Numbered from the stretch's first letter, positions 29,021 to 39,631 are shown. The stretch is 64,000 nt of DNA from Candidatus Poribacteria bacterium (GCA_965214095.1 OZ243938.1:4608001-4672000), one strand, 5' to 3'. Notes: generated by a model not told the origin, from the letters alone. A program made the numbers and translations.

Positions 29021-30042
29021 ATCTTGAAAAAAAGTTGTTTGTTGTTGGTAACAGTCGTAGTGGAACAACAATGATGGGACGCATTTTGGGAAAGCACAGA
29101 GATGTGTTTACCTTCGGAGAACTTCATTTTTTTGGACAGTTATGGTCGCCAGCGCACTCATTAGACTTGAACGAATCAGATGCAATTGAATTGGCTTCAA
29201 GACTTCTTTGTGTTCAACGAATAGGGTATCGTAAACAAGGGGATGCACAGAAATATAAGGAAGATGCACAGAAACTTTGTACAGACTTTACTGGGATTCC
29301 AATTTCACCCACTGAACTTTTTTCAACATTTCTTCAATATGAGGCAAACCTGAATGGTAAATCAATTCCTTGTGATCAGACACCACGAAATGTGTTCTAT
29401 ATTGATGAAATACTCAAAGTTTATCCGCAAGCAAAGATAATAAACATGATACGTGACCCGCGCGATGTGTTGTTGTCTCAGAAACGGAAATGGAAACGTA
29501 GATTCTTGGGTGGTTCAGACTTACCACTATTAGAATCATTACGTGATTGGGTTAACTACCATCCAATTACAATTAGTAGGATATGGCATACTGCGGTAAA
29601 AGCAGCAGATCAATTTGCTGAACATGATAGAGTCCATACAGTTTATTTTGAACAACTACTTGATTCACCTGAAAAAACAGTTGAAGTTCTATGTAAGTTT
29701 GCAGACATAGAATATACACCCTCCATGCTCCAAGTGCCGCAAGTGGGTTCTTCCGTAGATACAGATAAACCGACAACAACCGGTATCAATCCCAATAGAG
29801 CAGGAAATTGGAGTGCAAATAATCTTCCGGGAGGAAAACTGAATTCATCAGAAATATATATAAATCAGAAACTGAATAGAAAATTGATGGAAAAGCACAA
29901 CTACGAAACAGTTAGGATTAGACCGAACATTTTTTGTTTGCTGTTAGACATCATTACATTTCCGATTAAAATGGTGTTAGCATTTCTATGCAATCTTGAC
30001 AGAATAAAAAACATTAGAGAAACGATACGAAGACGATTGTAG
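29017..30042 (+). CDS. PAPS-dependent sulfotransferase 3 (Sulfotransfer_3 type)
   Basis: GNSRSGTT, DQTP.N, MIRDPRDV..S, FEQL...P. Confidence 0.9.
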   Translation: MNLEKKLFVVGNSRSGTTMMGRILGKHRDVFTFGELHFFGQLWSPAHSLDLNESDAIELASRLLCVQRIGYRKQGDAQKYKEDAQKLCTDFTGIPISPTELFSTFLQYEANLNGKSIPCDQTPRNVFYIDEILKVYPQAKIINMIRDPRDVLLSQKRKWKRRFLGGSDLPLLESLRDWVNYHPITISRIWHTAVKAADQFAEHDRVHTVYFEQLLDSPEKTVEVLCKFADIEYTPSMLQVPQVGSSVDTDKPTTTGINPNRAGNWSANNLPGGKLNSSEIYINQKLNRKLMEKHNYETVRIRPNIFCLLLDIITFPIKMVLAFLCNLDRIKNIRETIRRRL

Positions 30043-30157
30043 TTAGAATTGCATTTAGTATAGCTTATACCAATTCTAATAATTTTCATACCTCTACCCG
30101 ACCGACGATAAAATGGTATATTATTAATCAGAAATGGTATTATGTCTTAGGAAGAAT

Positions 30158-31159
30158 ATGATAGCCCAGTTAAATTCAAATTACATCAGAACTCGTCCCA
30201 TGAAAGCATTAACTCGTTTGATTAGTTATGCTTTTTTTGAAGGACGACCAGCAACTACAAAAGGTCGTTGGATCAATCCTTTTGTATTGTCACTTCTAAA
30301 AAGCATTGCCAATAGTAAAAGACAATTTAAATCGATAGAGAAACCAATATTTATCTTAGGCATAGGACGCAGCGGGACAACAATTCTTGGATTGGTGCTT
30401 TCAATGCATAAAGATGTCGGTTACCTCAATGAACCGAAAGCAATATGGCATCTCATTCACCCTCAGGAAGATGTCATCGGTAGTTATAGTCAAGACGAAG
30501 GTCTTTTTCAACTCACATCAGAAGATGCAAACAGTAATATTTGTCATCAGGCAAAACAAATATTTGGGGCATACTTGTCAAGTACCTTTTCACGACGGCT
30601 TGTAGATAAGTATCCTGAACTAATATTTAGGGTAGATTTTGTCAAGACACTTTTTCCGGATGCACGATTTCTCCTTCTCATTAGAAATGGTTGGGATACT
30701 TGTCAATCAATTGCATCATGGTCGGAACGAAATGGTGTCTATAGGAATGATGAAACACATGACTGGTGGGGTATCAACAATAGAAAATGGGAGTTGTTAG
30801 TCGAACAATTAGTTTATACCGATACTGATTTTCAAAAAGTCGCTGCGGAAGTTGGCAATTTTGATCGGCATTTGGACAGAGCAGTTGTTGAATGGGTGGT
30901 AACAATGCGTGAAGGAATAAGATTATTGGAGACAAGATCTGAATGTATATATAAGGTGCGTTTTGAGGAACTTACTTCAAATCCTGATGAGGTATTGCCG
31001 AAATTATGTGAGTTCTGTGATTTGCATTTGGATACAACTTTTTTGGATTATGCGAGAGATACTTTACGACCTGTACCACCGCGGGAACATTTTGATTTAC
31101 ATCATAGTATTGCACCAATTTTCCATGACACGATGACAAGATTAGGGTATAATACATAG
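30158..31159 (+). CDS. PAPS-dependent sulfotransferase 4 (Sulfotransfer_3 type)
   Basis: PIFILGIGRSGTT, NEP, DKYP, RNGWD...S, RFEEL..NP, LGY; start at ATG 30158 (SD agga). Confidence 0.88.
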   Translation: MIAQLNSNYIRTRPMKALTRLISYAFFEGRPATTKGRWINPFVLSLLKSIANSKRQFKSIEKPIFILGIGRSGTTILGLVLSMHKDVGYLNEPKAIWHLIHPQEDVIGSYSQDEGLFQLTSEDANSNICHQAKQIFGAYLSSTFSRRLVDKYPELIFRVDFVKTLFPDARFLLLIRNGWDTCQSIASWSERNGVYRNDETHDWWGINNRKWELLVEQLVYTDTDFQKVAAEVGNFDRHLDRAVVEWVVTMREGIRLLETRSECIYKVRFEELTSNPDEVLPKLCEFCDLHLDTTFLDYARDTLRPVPPREHFDLHHSIAPIFHDTMTRLGYNT

Positions 31160-31195
31160 AAATTGATAATAACAAATTGGATTAGATAAAGGTAA

Positions 31196-33265
31196 ATGGA
31201 AAACAATTCAACGAAACAATCTCCTAAATATGCTAAACACGACCACTCCATCTCCAGACGTGATTTCATTTCAACAAGTTTGAAGGCAGGTGCAGCTGCT
31301 TTCACAACAGGTCTTTTACCAAATCTCAACATTGCTGCAAAAGGACAACATAATGTCCTTTTCATCATGGTAGATGATTTACGTCCATTGCTTGGATGTT
31401 ATGGTCATACTGAAATGCATACACCAAATATTGATAGGATTGCCGAGAGAGGTACTGTCTTCAATCGCGCATATTGTCAATGGCCTTTATGTAGTCCTTC
31501 TCGCACATCGTATTTAACAGGACTTCGTCCTGATACGACGGGTGTAACAAATAACAGATATTTTTTTCGGGACACAGTACCAAATGTAGTTACACTCCCA
31601 CAACATTTCAAAACCAATGGTTATCATTCTCAATCCGTTGGCAGAGTATTTCATCTTCCAGATTATCAAGACGATGAGAATTCTTGGAGTGTTCCTTCAT
31701 GGAGACCCACCTGGACTCGCATTGACTACGAGACAACCCCATCATGGCAAGCACTTGATATTGATGACGATGCATTAAGAGATGGTAAAACAGCAGTACG
31801 CGCAGTTCAGGTTTTGAACCAGATAAAAGACAAACAATTCTTTCTTGCTGTTGGATTTTATAAACCACACTTACCATTTAAAGCACCAAAAAAGTACTTT
31901 GAGTTGTACGAAAATACATCCTTTAATCTTCCCTACCTATCTGGTGAAGAAACTTCTGATATTAATCCTCCACATTGGAATGAAGCGAGACCTTATGAAG
32001 ATATTCCTGACAATAATGAACCAATATCGTATGAAAAAGTTCTGGAACTTATACGCGCCTATGCAGCGACAACAAGTTATACAGATGCACAAATCGGTCA
32101 TGTATTGGATCAACTGGAAGCACTTGGACTTATGGAAAATACTGTTATTGCATTTTGTGGTGACCATGGATATAATCTTTCAGAAAACGGTACTATCGGA
32201 AAAAATATCGTATATGAAGCAACACTCCATTCACCTTTGATTGTTAGTATCCCTGGACAAAAATCATCTGGAATGAGAACAGACGCTCTTGTTGAATTGG
32301 TTGATATATTTCCCACATTATGTGATGCGTGCGAAATTCCAATTTTACCTGAATTAGAAGGACTTACGATGTTACCTGCCATTGAACAACCAACAATTCC
32401 TTGGAAGACAGCTGCATTTAGTCAACGAAATCAGCAACTTAGTATGCGGACAGATAGATATCGCTACACCGAAACGAGTAACCTAAAAGAACTTTATGAT
32501 TACGAAGTTGATCCATATTCCGAACTGAACATCGCAGAACTCCCAGAAAACGAAGATTTGGTTACACATCTCAGCGAAATGTTACATGCTGGTTGGCAGA
32601 AGGCATTACCTGAAAAGATACCAGAACGAATTCCCCAGTCGAGGTCTTTACCTTGGGATGTCAACAATGATGGTATAGTTGATATACAAGATTTGATATT
32701 AGTTTCAAGCAGTTTTGGTGAGGTAGATTTAGATAATCCGACAGTTGATGTCAACAAAGATGGTAGTGTGGATATAATTGATCTGTTGATAATTGCTGCT
32801 CATTTGGGTGAAACTACTAATGGGTCAGCACCTAAATCAGAATCAGTTAATCATCAGTATGCTGGACAAGTTGAAAGATGGTTAATTGATGCACGCGAAT
32901 ATCAAAACAGTTCAGATATAATTCAAAAGGGAATTGCAAACTTAGAACTGTTATTTGCCAATATTATACCGAAAAAAAATGTGCTCCTTCCAAATTTTCC
33001 TAATCCTTTTAATCCTGAAACATGGATACCTTATGATCTTGCAGAAGATACAGATGTGAATATATATATATACAACCAAATAGGTGAGACTATCCGCAAA
33101 CTAAATATAGGATTCCAATCTGCAGGAACATACCGTACACAATCAAGTGCAGCTTATTGGGATGGATGTAATGCCGCTGGGGAACCTGTGGCAAGTGGTA
33201 TCTATTATTTTTCACTGCAAGTAGGAAGCTATAATTCCACAAGAAAAATGGTGGTAACTAAGTAA
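31196..33265 (+). CDS. Tat-exported formylglycine sulfatase (iduronate-2-sulfatase-like) with dockerin-like pair and FlgD-Ig domain
   Basis: Tat motif SRRDFI; NVLFIMVDDLR, CSPSR (CxPxR), GFYKPHLPF, DHG; DVNNDG and DVNKDG; NFPNPFNPETW. Confidence 0.92.
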   Translation: MENNSTKQSPKYAKHDHSISRRDFISTSLKAGAAAFTTGLLPNLNIAAKGQHNVLFIMVDDLRPLLGCYGHTEMHTPNIDRIAERGTVFNRAYCQWPLCSPSRTSYLTGLRPDTTGVTNNRYFFRDTVPNVVTLPQHFKTNGYHSQSVGRVFHLPDYQDDENSWSVPSWRPTWTRIDYETTPSWQALDIDDDALRDGKTAVRAVQVLNQIKDKQFFLAVGFYKPHLPFKAPKKYFELYENTSFNLPYLSGEETSDINPPHWNEARPYEDIPDNNEPISYEKVLELIRAYAATTSYTDAQIGHVLDQLEALGLMENTVIAFCGDHGYNLSENGTIGKNIVYEATLHSPLIVSIPGQKSSGMRTDALVELVDIFPTLCDACEIPILPELEGLTMLPAIEQPTIPWKTAAFSQRNQQLSMRTDRYRYTETSNLKELYDYEVDPYSELNIAELPENEDLVTHLSEMLHAGWQKALPEKIPERIPQSRSLPWDVNNDGIVDIQDLILVSSSFGEVDLDNPTVDVNKDGSVDIIDLLIIAAHLGETTNGSAPKSESVNHQYAGQVERWLIDAREYQNSSDIIQKGIANLELLFANIIPKKNVLLPNFPNPFNPETWIPYDLAEDTDVNIYIYNQIGETIRKLNIGFQSAGTYRTQSSAAYWDGCNAAGEPVASGIYYFSLQVGSYNSTRKMVVTK

Positions 33266-33289
33266 TTTTCAATTGTCAGGAGGAATAAT

Positions 33290-35299
33290 ATGCAGAAGCG
33301 TCTACGGTCGCGGTCTATTACACGGCGGAACTTCCTTGCCACAAGTCTTAAAGCTGGTGCTGCCACTCTTACCACAGGTCTATTACCTCGTAGAAGTGCA
33401 AGAGCAGAAGGCAAGTATAATGTTCTGTTCATTATTGTAGATGACTTACGACCAATGCTTGGTTGTTACAGAGTACCTGAAATGCACACACCAAATATTG
33501 ACAGTTTAGCCAGACGAGGAACGCTTTTTAATCGTGCATATTGTCAATATCCACTTTGTAACCCTTCAAGAGCGTCCATTCTGACAGGTTTACGCCCTGA
33601 ATCAACAAAAGTTTACAACAATGCTGCCGACTATAAACACACAATCCCCGAATCTGTGGATATGTACCAACACTTTATGAACAATGGTTATGATACATAC
33701 ACTTTTGGTAAGGTTAAACATTATCCCAATCCTTCATCTGGAGGACCAACTTGGAAAGCATTGGATGTCTCTGACGATGACTTAAATGATGGACAGACAG
33801 CAAGAAAGACAGTTGATTTTTTATCCGATGTTAAAGACCAAGCATTTTTCTTAGCAGTTGGGTTTGACAGACCTCATTTACCGTTCAACGCTCCTCAGAA
33901 ATATTTTGAATTATATTCTCCAAATCCTTTCTCATTACCACCTACATTGAATTATCCAACGAATGCTCCATCCATTGCACACAACAGTTTAGTTTCATTT
34001 AGACGATTCTTTGGAGATATTCCTTCAGGTGATGAACCAATTTCTGATGACAAGACTTTAGAGTTGATTCGAGCTTATGCAGCATCAACAAGTTATATGG
34101 ATGCCCAAGTTGGTAGAGTTTTACAGAAATTAGACGAACTTGAGTTAACAGAAAGAACAGTCATTATTTTTTGTGGGGACCACGGTTTTCATCTTGGTGA
34201 ACATGGCACTTGGAGGAAAAACACACTATATGAGATAGGTGTTCGGTCTCCATTGTTAATAAGTATTCCAGGCCAACAACCATGCCAGACAAATGCATTA
34301 TCTGAACTAGTAGACATATATCCAACATTATGTGATGTCTGTGATATTCCAATACCTGATGAGTTAGAAGGTCTGAGCCTTCTTCCTATAATTGAAGACC
34401 CTACACGACAAGTGAAAAGTGCAGCTTTCAGTCTCATAGCACGATCTGTAGGCCGATCTTATTCAATGCGTACTAACAGATATCGTTTCACAGAATGGGG
34501 TACTGATGGAGAAGCTGGTCGTGAACTTTACGATTACAATCTTGATCCAAATGAAACAATTAACGTTGCGGACCTACCTGAAAATGCAGATATTGTTGAG
34601 CAACTAAGTCAACGTTTGAGAGCTGGATGGAAAGAAGCTCAATCTGATAGTTTGGAACAACTACCAATTCCGATTACACTTCCGTGGGATGTCAATAATG
34701 ACGGGACTGTTGATATACAAGATCTAATGATTGTTTCAAATAGTTTCGGAAACGATAACAATGAGAATCCAAAGCTTGATGTGAACAAAGATGGAACTGT
34801 TGATATTATTGACTTGCTATTAGTCGCATCTCATCTTGGAGAAACTTGTTATGCCTCTGCACCAAAATCCAACTTTTCTATTTCACAAGGTCATATTGAC
34901 AGTATATCTGAATGGCTTACACAAGCATACATCCAAGATGATGGTTCAGATGTCTTTCGTGCCGGAATTGCTAACTTAGAAGCTTTGGTAACTAACAGCA
35001 TACCCGAACAGACCAAACTACTTCCTAACTATCCAAATCCTTTTAATCCTGAAACTTGGATTCCTTATGACTTGGCACAAGATGCAAATGTCCAGATTGA
35101 AATATATAATCTAAGAGGAGAATCAGTCCATAGACTTGATATCGGACATCAAGAAGCAGGTAACTATCGAAGTAAACAACAGGCAGCATATTGGGATGGT
35201 CGGAATCGTGATGGCGAATTAGTTGGAAGTGGAATATATTACTATTGTCTTGCCACAAACAATTCAAAATCAATACGAAAAATGGTTATAAGAAAATAG
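33290..35299 (+). CDS. Second Tat-exported sulfatase paralog with dockerin-like pair and FlgD-Ig domain
   Basis: TRRNFL; CNPSR, GFDRPHLPF, DHGFHLGEHGTWRK; DVNNDG and DVNKDG; NYPNPFNPETW. Confidence 0.92.
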   Translation: MQKRLRSRSITRRNFLATSLKAGAATLTTGLLPRRSARAEGKYNVLFIIVDDLRPMLGCYRVPEMHTPNIDSLARRGTLFNRAYCQYPLCNPSRASILTGLRPESTKVYNNAADYKHTIPESVDMYQHFMNNGYDTYTFGKVKHYPNPSSGGPTWKALDVSDDDLNDGQTARKTVDFLSDVKDQAFFLAVGFDRPHLPFNAPQKYFELYSPNPFSLPPTLNYPTNAPSIAHNSLVSFRRFFGDIPSGDEPISDDKTLELIRAYAASTSYMDAQVGRVLQKLDELELTERTVIIFCGDHGFHLGEHGTWRKNTLYEIGVRSPLLISIPGQQPCQTNALSELVDIYPTLCDVCDIPIPDELEGLSLLPIIEDPTRQVKSAAFSLIARSVGRSYSMRTNRYRFTEWGTDGEAGRELYDYNLDPNETINVADLPENADIVEQLSQRLRAGWKEAQSDSLEQLPIPITLPWDVNNDGTVDIQDLMIVSNSFGNDNNENPKLDVNKDGTVDIIDLLLVASHLGETCYASAPKSNFSISQGHIDSISEWLTQAYIQDDGSDVFRAGIANLEALVTNSIPEQTKLLPNYPNPFNPETWIPYDLAQDANVQIEIYNLRGESVHRLDIGHQEAGNYRSKQQAAYWDGRNRDGELVGSGIYYYCLATNNSKSIRKMVIRK

Positions 35300-35339
35300 A
35301 CATTTGATAAATAATTATATATAGGAAGGAAGTCTACAA

Positions 35340-36968
35340 ATGTTATTGCGCGCTATACTAATAATATACATACTTTCTCAATTATGTTTGTTGCCATTTT
35401 GTCAAGCAGCATCTCTCATAAATGTCCCGCTCAATCCCAATTTGTCTGATTTCAATACTGAAACCTACCAATTTATTCATCGTTTACTTAATAAACGTGC
35501 AGTGTCGGGTGTGACAAGAGGTTCTCTCCCATTTACAAGAAAACAGGTTACGGCATTACTCTTAGAAGCATCACAAAAACATGAAAATGGTGAGATAGAA
35601 CTCAGCGACAATGACCAAAAACGTCTACGGGAATTGTTAGCGTTTTATTCTGAAGCTGGAACAGGGGTTGCTCCAGATAGACGATTACATATTATGTCCC
35701 TAACTGACAATGCTAACTATCGTTTTTCATTTGATCTTCGTGCTGGTCAACGGGAGATAACACGTCTTGTAGATAATGCATCTGATATACCTTCTGATGA
35801 AGGTAACATGCACCTTACAACTTTGTTTCCACAAGTATATGGACAGGTTGCGGAAAGTTTTGCTTTTACTACAGACATAGGATATCGGTTTTTATACGGT
35901 GATATATTTGATGATGTATACCCAGATGAATCTAAATATAGACAATTGGAAGGTGAACTAAAAAATAGAACTGCAGCAAATAGTTATATCAAATTTAAAC
36001 TTCCGATGTTAGACATGCAGTTTGGAACAGACAATCTTCAATGGGGACCTGGCTATCATGGAAATCTGATGGTTTCACCAAACCCTATTGCTATGGATAT
36101 GCTGAAGTTTCAAACCAATTTCAAAAATGTTTCCTTCACTGCTTTTACTGGGGTTTTAGAAGATCAAGTAGAAGAAATCAATGATAAGTTTATTTCAGGA
36201 CACAGAATTGAAGGATTTTTTTGGAATTGGTTTGGTATAGGTTTATCTGAGGTCGTTGTGTACGGAAACAGATTTGAAGCTGGATATTTGAATCCTGTTA
36301 ATATCTATCTCATAAACGAACAGACAATTTCACGAGCGGATAGTCGTGCACCCGGTAGTGGAGATAATGTGCTGGCAAGTGTTGACTTGCGATTCCGTCC
36401 TAAAGACAATTTTGAGATATATGGAGAAGTATTGGTTGACGATGGAAATCCTGCAGCATCATTCTATCATTGGGATACAAAATTTGGTATCCTTGGAGGG
36501 ATATATTTAACAGACGCTTTTGGTTTATCAGATACCGATTTCCATGCTGAATATACATTTATCAATCAATATACATATACACATGTAAATCCAGTAAACG
36601 TATACAAACATTTTACGTCTGTAATAGGACATCACATAGGAACTGATGCTGATAATCTATGGCTTGAGTTTCGTAGACGGTGGACAGATAAGCTTGAAAC
36701 GGTTTTTGGATATGAATTAGAACGTCATGGACAAGGTGATATAAATAAGAATCATCCTGCAGATGCCCCAAAAGATGATGTCTGGACTCCTCTTTCAGGC
36801 ATAACAGAAAGTGAACACCGTTTGAAAATTGGTTTTAACTGGGTCAATATTGGAGACTACTCATTCTATGGCGAATGGAATCGCATTTGGAACAGGAACA
36901 AAGGTAATCGCGAAGGTATACACGAAACGGGCAATGAAATTCAGGCTAAGATACTATTCAGGATTTAG
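35340..36968 (+). CDS. wzi: Capsule assembly Wzi-family outer-membrane protein
   Basis: Signal peptide; N-terminal 'LPFTR' helical part; WGPG..G.L.S, HRIE, LSEVVVY, YLNP, DN, YGE...DD, IGH.IG.DA; beta-barrel-type C-terminus. Confidence 0.8.
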   Translation: MLLRAILIIYILSQLCLLPFCQAASLINVPLNPNLSDFNTETYQFIHRLLNKRAVSGVTRGSLPFTRKQVTALLLEASQKHENGEIELSDNDQKRLRELLAFYSEAGTGVAPDRRLHIMSLTDNANYRFSFDLRAGQREITRLVDNASDIPSDEGNMHLTTLFPQVYGQVAESFAFTTDIGYRFLYGDIFDDVYPDESKYRQLEGELKNRTAANSYIKFKLPMLDMQFGTDNLQWGPGYHGNLMVSPNPIAMDMLKFQTNFKNVSFTAFTGVLEDQVEEINDKFISGHRIEGFFWNWFGIGLSEVVVYGNRFEAGYLNPVNIYLINEQTISRADSRAPGSGDNVLASVDLRFRPKDNFEIYGEVLVDDGNPAASFYHWDTKFGILGGIYLTDAFGLSDTDFHAEYTFINQYTYTHVNPVNVYKHFTSVIGHHIGTDADNLWLEFRRRWTDKLETVFGYELERHGQGDINKNHPADAPKDDVWTPLSGITESEHRLKIGFNWVNIGDYSFYGEWNRIWNRNKGNREGIHETGNEIQAKILFRI

Positions 36969-37077
36969 ACAATTACACAAGTGTCAATTATATAAATTAT
37001 GAAGATTTTATCAGGTTTAACACTCTTCCCGTCAAATTCCCATGCTTTAGCTTGCGGGATGTAGACGGGCAAAAAGG

Positions 37078-37106
37078 TTGACTTTGAGAAAGAAACACAC
37101 TATAAT
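37078..37106 (+). promoter_or_regulatory. sigma70-like promoter of tnpB
   Basis: TTGACT (37078-37083), 17 bp, TATAAT (37101-37106). Confidence 0.75.
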
Positions 37107-37192
37107 ACAAATACCTTTTCAGTGGTGGATGTCGTTAGCATCTGCCACACTACTAACGATGGGTAAGGAGTTCTTCACCGAGAAGGCGGACC

Positions 37193-38305
37193 ATGAGAAA
37201 AACCTATAAATACAAGGGACAAAATCAAAAGAACACGCTAAAACTTGGCAATATGCTTGACGATATGCACCAGATTCATGTGCATATTATGCGATTGCAG
37301 TGTAGATATTACCGTATGTATGGCAAAAACATATCCGCATATAGAATGAATGCACATGTTGCCAAACTAAAAAAGCGGACAAAGTCTCATTGGGCAGACT
37401 TGCCGAGTCAAGTTGTTCAAGATGTTGTGCTGCGTATGGGCAAAGCTTATGATGCATTTTTCAGAAATATGGAAGATCGCAAGGCTGGCAAAACAACGTG
37501 CAAAGTCGGTAGACCGCACATCAAACCGCAACATAAATACAACTCTATGACGTTTACACAGGCAGGCTATAAACTTGAAGGGAACCGTATCAAGATCAAC
37601 TGTATAGATACGTGGTTCTCCTTTCACAAACATCGTGATATTATCGGAGACCTCAAAACAATAACCCTCAAGCGTGACAGGTGTGGCGATTACTGGATAT
37701 GCTTTTCTTGTGATAATGTTGACAGACCGAAACCCATAGCAAAGACAGGTGAAAGTGCTGGCTTTGATTTCGGATTGACAACCTTTCTCACAACTTCTAA
37801 TGGTAATAAGATTGTGTCTCCGCAGTTTTTGAAACAGTCCTTGAACAAGTTGAGAACACTGAACAAAAGTCTGAGTCGCAAGATAAAAGGTTCTGGCAAC
37901 TGGTATCGTGCGAAACGCGCTTTGTCTCGACATTATAGGAAAATTGCACGACAACGCACCGATTGGCACTGGAAACTTGCGACAGCTCTTTGCAGGCGTT
38001 TTGATACCTTATGTTTTGAAACCCTCAATATAGACGGTATGAAACGCCTCTGGGGGCGTAAAGTCAGTGATCTCGCTTGCTACCAGTTCATTCAAGTGTT
38101 GGCATTCAAGTGTGCGAAACACGATAAAACTTTCCTCAAAATCGGACAATGGACAGCGACAACAAAACCCTGTAGTAACTGCGGATACACAAACGATAAG
38201 CTAACACTTTCAGATAGACACTGGATATGTCCTTCGTGCAATACTGAACACGATAGAGACATCAATGCAGCTATCAATATCAAACAGGCAGGCTTAGCTG
38301 CCTAA
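37193..38305 (+). CDS. tnpB: TnpB RNA-guided endonuclease
   Basis: RuvC-I GFDFGL, RuvC-II FETLN, Zn ribbon CSNC...CPSC, RuvC-III HDRDINAAINI; all three catalytic acidic residues present. Confidence 0.95.
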   Translation: MRKTYKYKGQNQKNTLKLGNMLDDMHQIHVHIMRLQCRYYRMYGKNISAYRMNAHVAKLKKRTKSHWADLPSQVVQDVVLRMGKAYDAFFRNMEDRKAGKTTCKVGRPHIKPQHKYNSMTFTQAGYKLEGNRIKINCIDTWFSFHKHRDIIGDLKTITLKRDRCGDYWICFSCDNVDRPKPIAKTGESAGFDFGLTTFLTTSNGNKIVSPQFLKQSLNKLRTLNKSLSRKIKGSGNWYRAKRALSRHYRKIARQRTDWHWKLATALCRRFDTLCFETLNIDGMKRLWGRKVSDLACYQFIQVLAFKCAKHDKTFLKIGQWTATTKPCSNCGYTNDKLTLSDRHWICPSCNTEHDRDINAAINIKQAGLAA

Positions 38306-38418
38306 AGTGGAGATGACGTGAGACGGGTGATCCTTTTGGAGAAACGCTGTTGTCAAGGAAGCACAAGCCCCAACCTTTAGGTTGTGGGTCACTATGACGC
38401 ATCGTATATTTTGTGAAT
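38230..38418 (+). ncRNA. Predicted TnpB omega/reRNA (scaffold plus ~20-nt guide from the flank)
   Basis: TnpB reRNA is known to derive from the element's right end. Hairpin at 38368-38389 and possible pseudoknot gtca (38352-55) with tgac (38395-98). The 5' boundary is a guess. Confidence 0.5.
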
Positions 38419-38478
38419 TAATAGCCAGTTCTGTAGAGTAAATAAATGTATGAGTGGAATCATAAGTAAGGATCTAAG

Positions 38479-39600
38479 ATGAGAATTCGGGTGTTAGGCA
38501 TTAGAGGACTTCCAGCGACATATAGTGGTTCCGAGACGGTTATGAGTGAACTTGCGCCGCGATGGGTTGAAGCAGGACACGAAGTTATCGTTTACTGTAG
38601 AAATGGGTTTTTTCAAGAGAAGCCTGATGAATGGAAGGGAATCAAATTAGTATATTTACCGAGTATAGAACATAAAATATTCAGCACGCTAAGCCACAGT
38701 TTTTTTGCTTCATTACATGCATCTTTTTCACCATCTGATATTATTTTTGTCTGGAATGCTGGAAACGGACCATTTGGTTGGTTCTTCAGAATTAGTGGTA
38801 AAAGAGCAGTTATCAATGTTGATGGAATGGAATGGTTGCGTCCAAAATGGAAAGGTATAGGTGCAGTCTACTTCAAATGGGCAGCTAAGATGGCGACTTC
38901 TGCATTCCCTCTTGTTATAACAGATGCAGAAGAGATGAAACGGTTGTATCTTGAGGAATTAGGTGCTGAGACACAATATATTGCTTACGGAGCTAACATT
39001 GAACCTTCAGAACATCCTGAAGTTCTTGAGGATTATGGATTGCAGTCACGTGATTACTATCTAATAGCCAGCCGACTTGTTCCTGATAACAATGCCGACA
39101 TAATTGTGGAAGCATTTGTAAAATCAAATAGTGGTAAAAAGCTTGCTATTGCTGGTGGAGCAGACTATAAAGGAAATAAACTTGAAAACGAATTCTTGGA
39201 TAAACTTAAGGACATGGCAAATGAAAATGTCCTTTTTCTTGGACATATAGATAGTTCTGAGCATATAAAAGAACTCCACCATCACTGTTTTGCTTATGTC
39301 CACGGACATCAGTTTGGGGGTATCAATCCATCCATATTGAAGGCATTGGGTTTTTCTAACTGTATCCTCGCGTTGAATACTCCCTTTAACCATGAAGTAT
39401 TAGAAGGGGGTAAATACGGTGTACTCTTTGATAAAGACCCCGATTCTCTGAAAAATGAAATGGAAACATTAGAACAGGATACTGAGATGGTTGAGGATTT
39501 TCGTCGTCGTGCACCAGAACAGATTCGGAAGCGGTTCAATTGGGATCATATCGCAGAACAATACATAGACGTATTTGAAGAATTACAGAAAAAGAAGTGA
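38479..39600 (+). CDS. GT4-type glycosyltransferase (DUF1972 N-terminus, rhamnosyl/glycosyltransferase-like)
   Basis: GIRGLPATYSGSET, INVDGMEWLRPKW, IAYGA, SRLVPDNN, YVHGHQFGGINPS, PFNHEV. Confidence 0.88.
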   Translation: MRIRVLGIRGLPATYSGSETVMSELAPRWVEAGHEVIVYCRNGFFQEKPDEWKGIKLVYLPSIEHKIFSTLSHSFFASLHASFSPSDIIFVWNAGNGPFGWFFRISGKRAVINVDGMEWLRPKWKGIGAVYFKWAAKMATSAFPLVITDAEEMKRLYLEELGAETQYIAYGANIEPSEHPEVLEDYGLQSRDYYLIASRLVPDNNADIIVEAFVKSNSGKKLAIAGGADYKGNKLENEFLDKLKDMANENVLFLGHIDSSEHIKELHHHCFAYVHGHQFGGINPSILKALGFSNCILALNTPFNHEVLEGGKYGVLFDKDPDSLKNEMETLEQDTEMVEDFRRRAPEQIRKRFNWDHIAEQYIDVFEELQKKK

Positions 39601-39631
39601 ATCTTTGATTGTCCGGGTATGGTGAAGAATT

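Larger units (their letters stand above)
37021..38398 (+). mobile_element. Non-autonomous IS200/IS605-family (IS1341-type) element carrying tnpB only
   Basis: Left subterminal hairpin (cccgtc..ttcccatgctttagcttgcgggat..gacggg, about 37028-37069); right hairpin ccccaacc-ttta-ggttgtggg (38368-38389) ending ..TGAC at 38398; no tnpA. Ends are approximate. Confidence 0.8.

Noticed and set aside
37367-37969. 200-aa antisense ORF as tnpA
   Set aside because: No HUH or catalytic Tyr motif and no serine-recombinase motif; lies wholly opposite tnpB.
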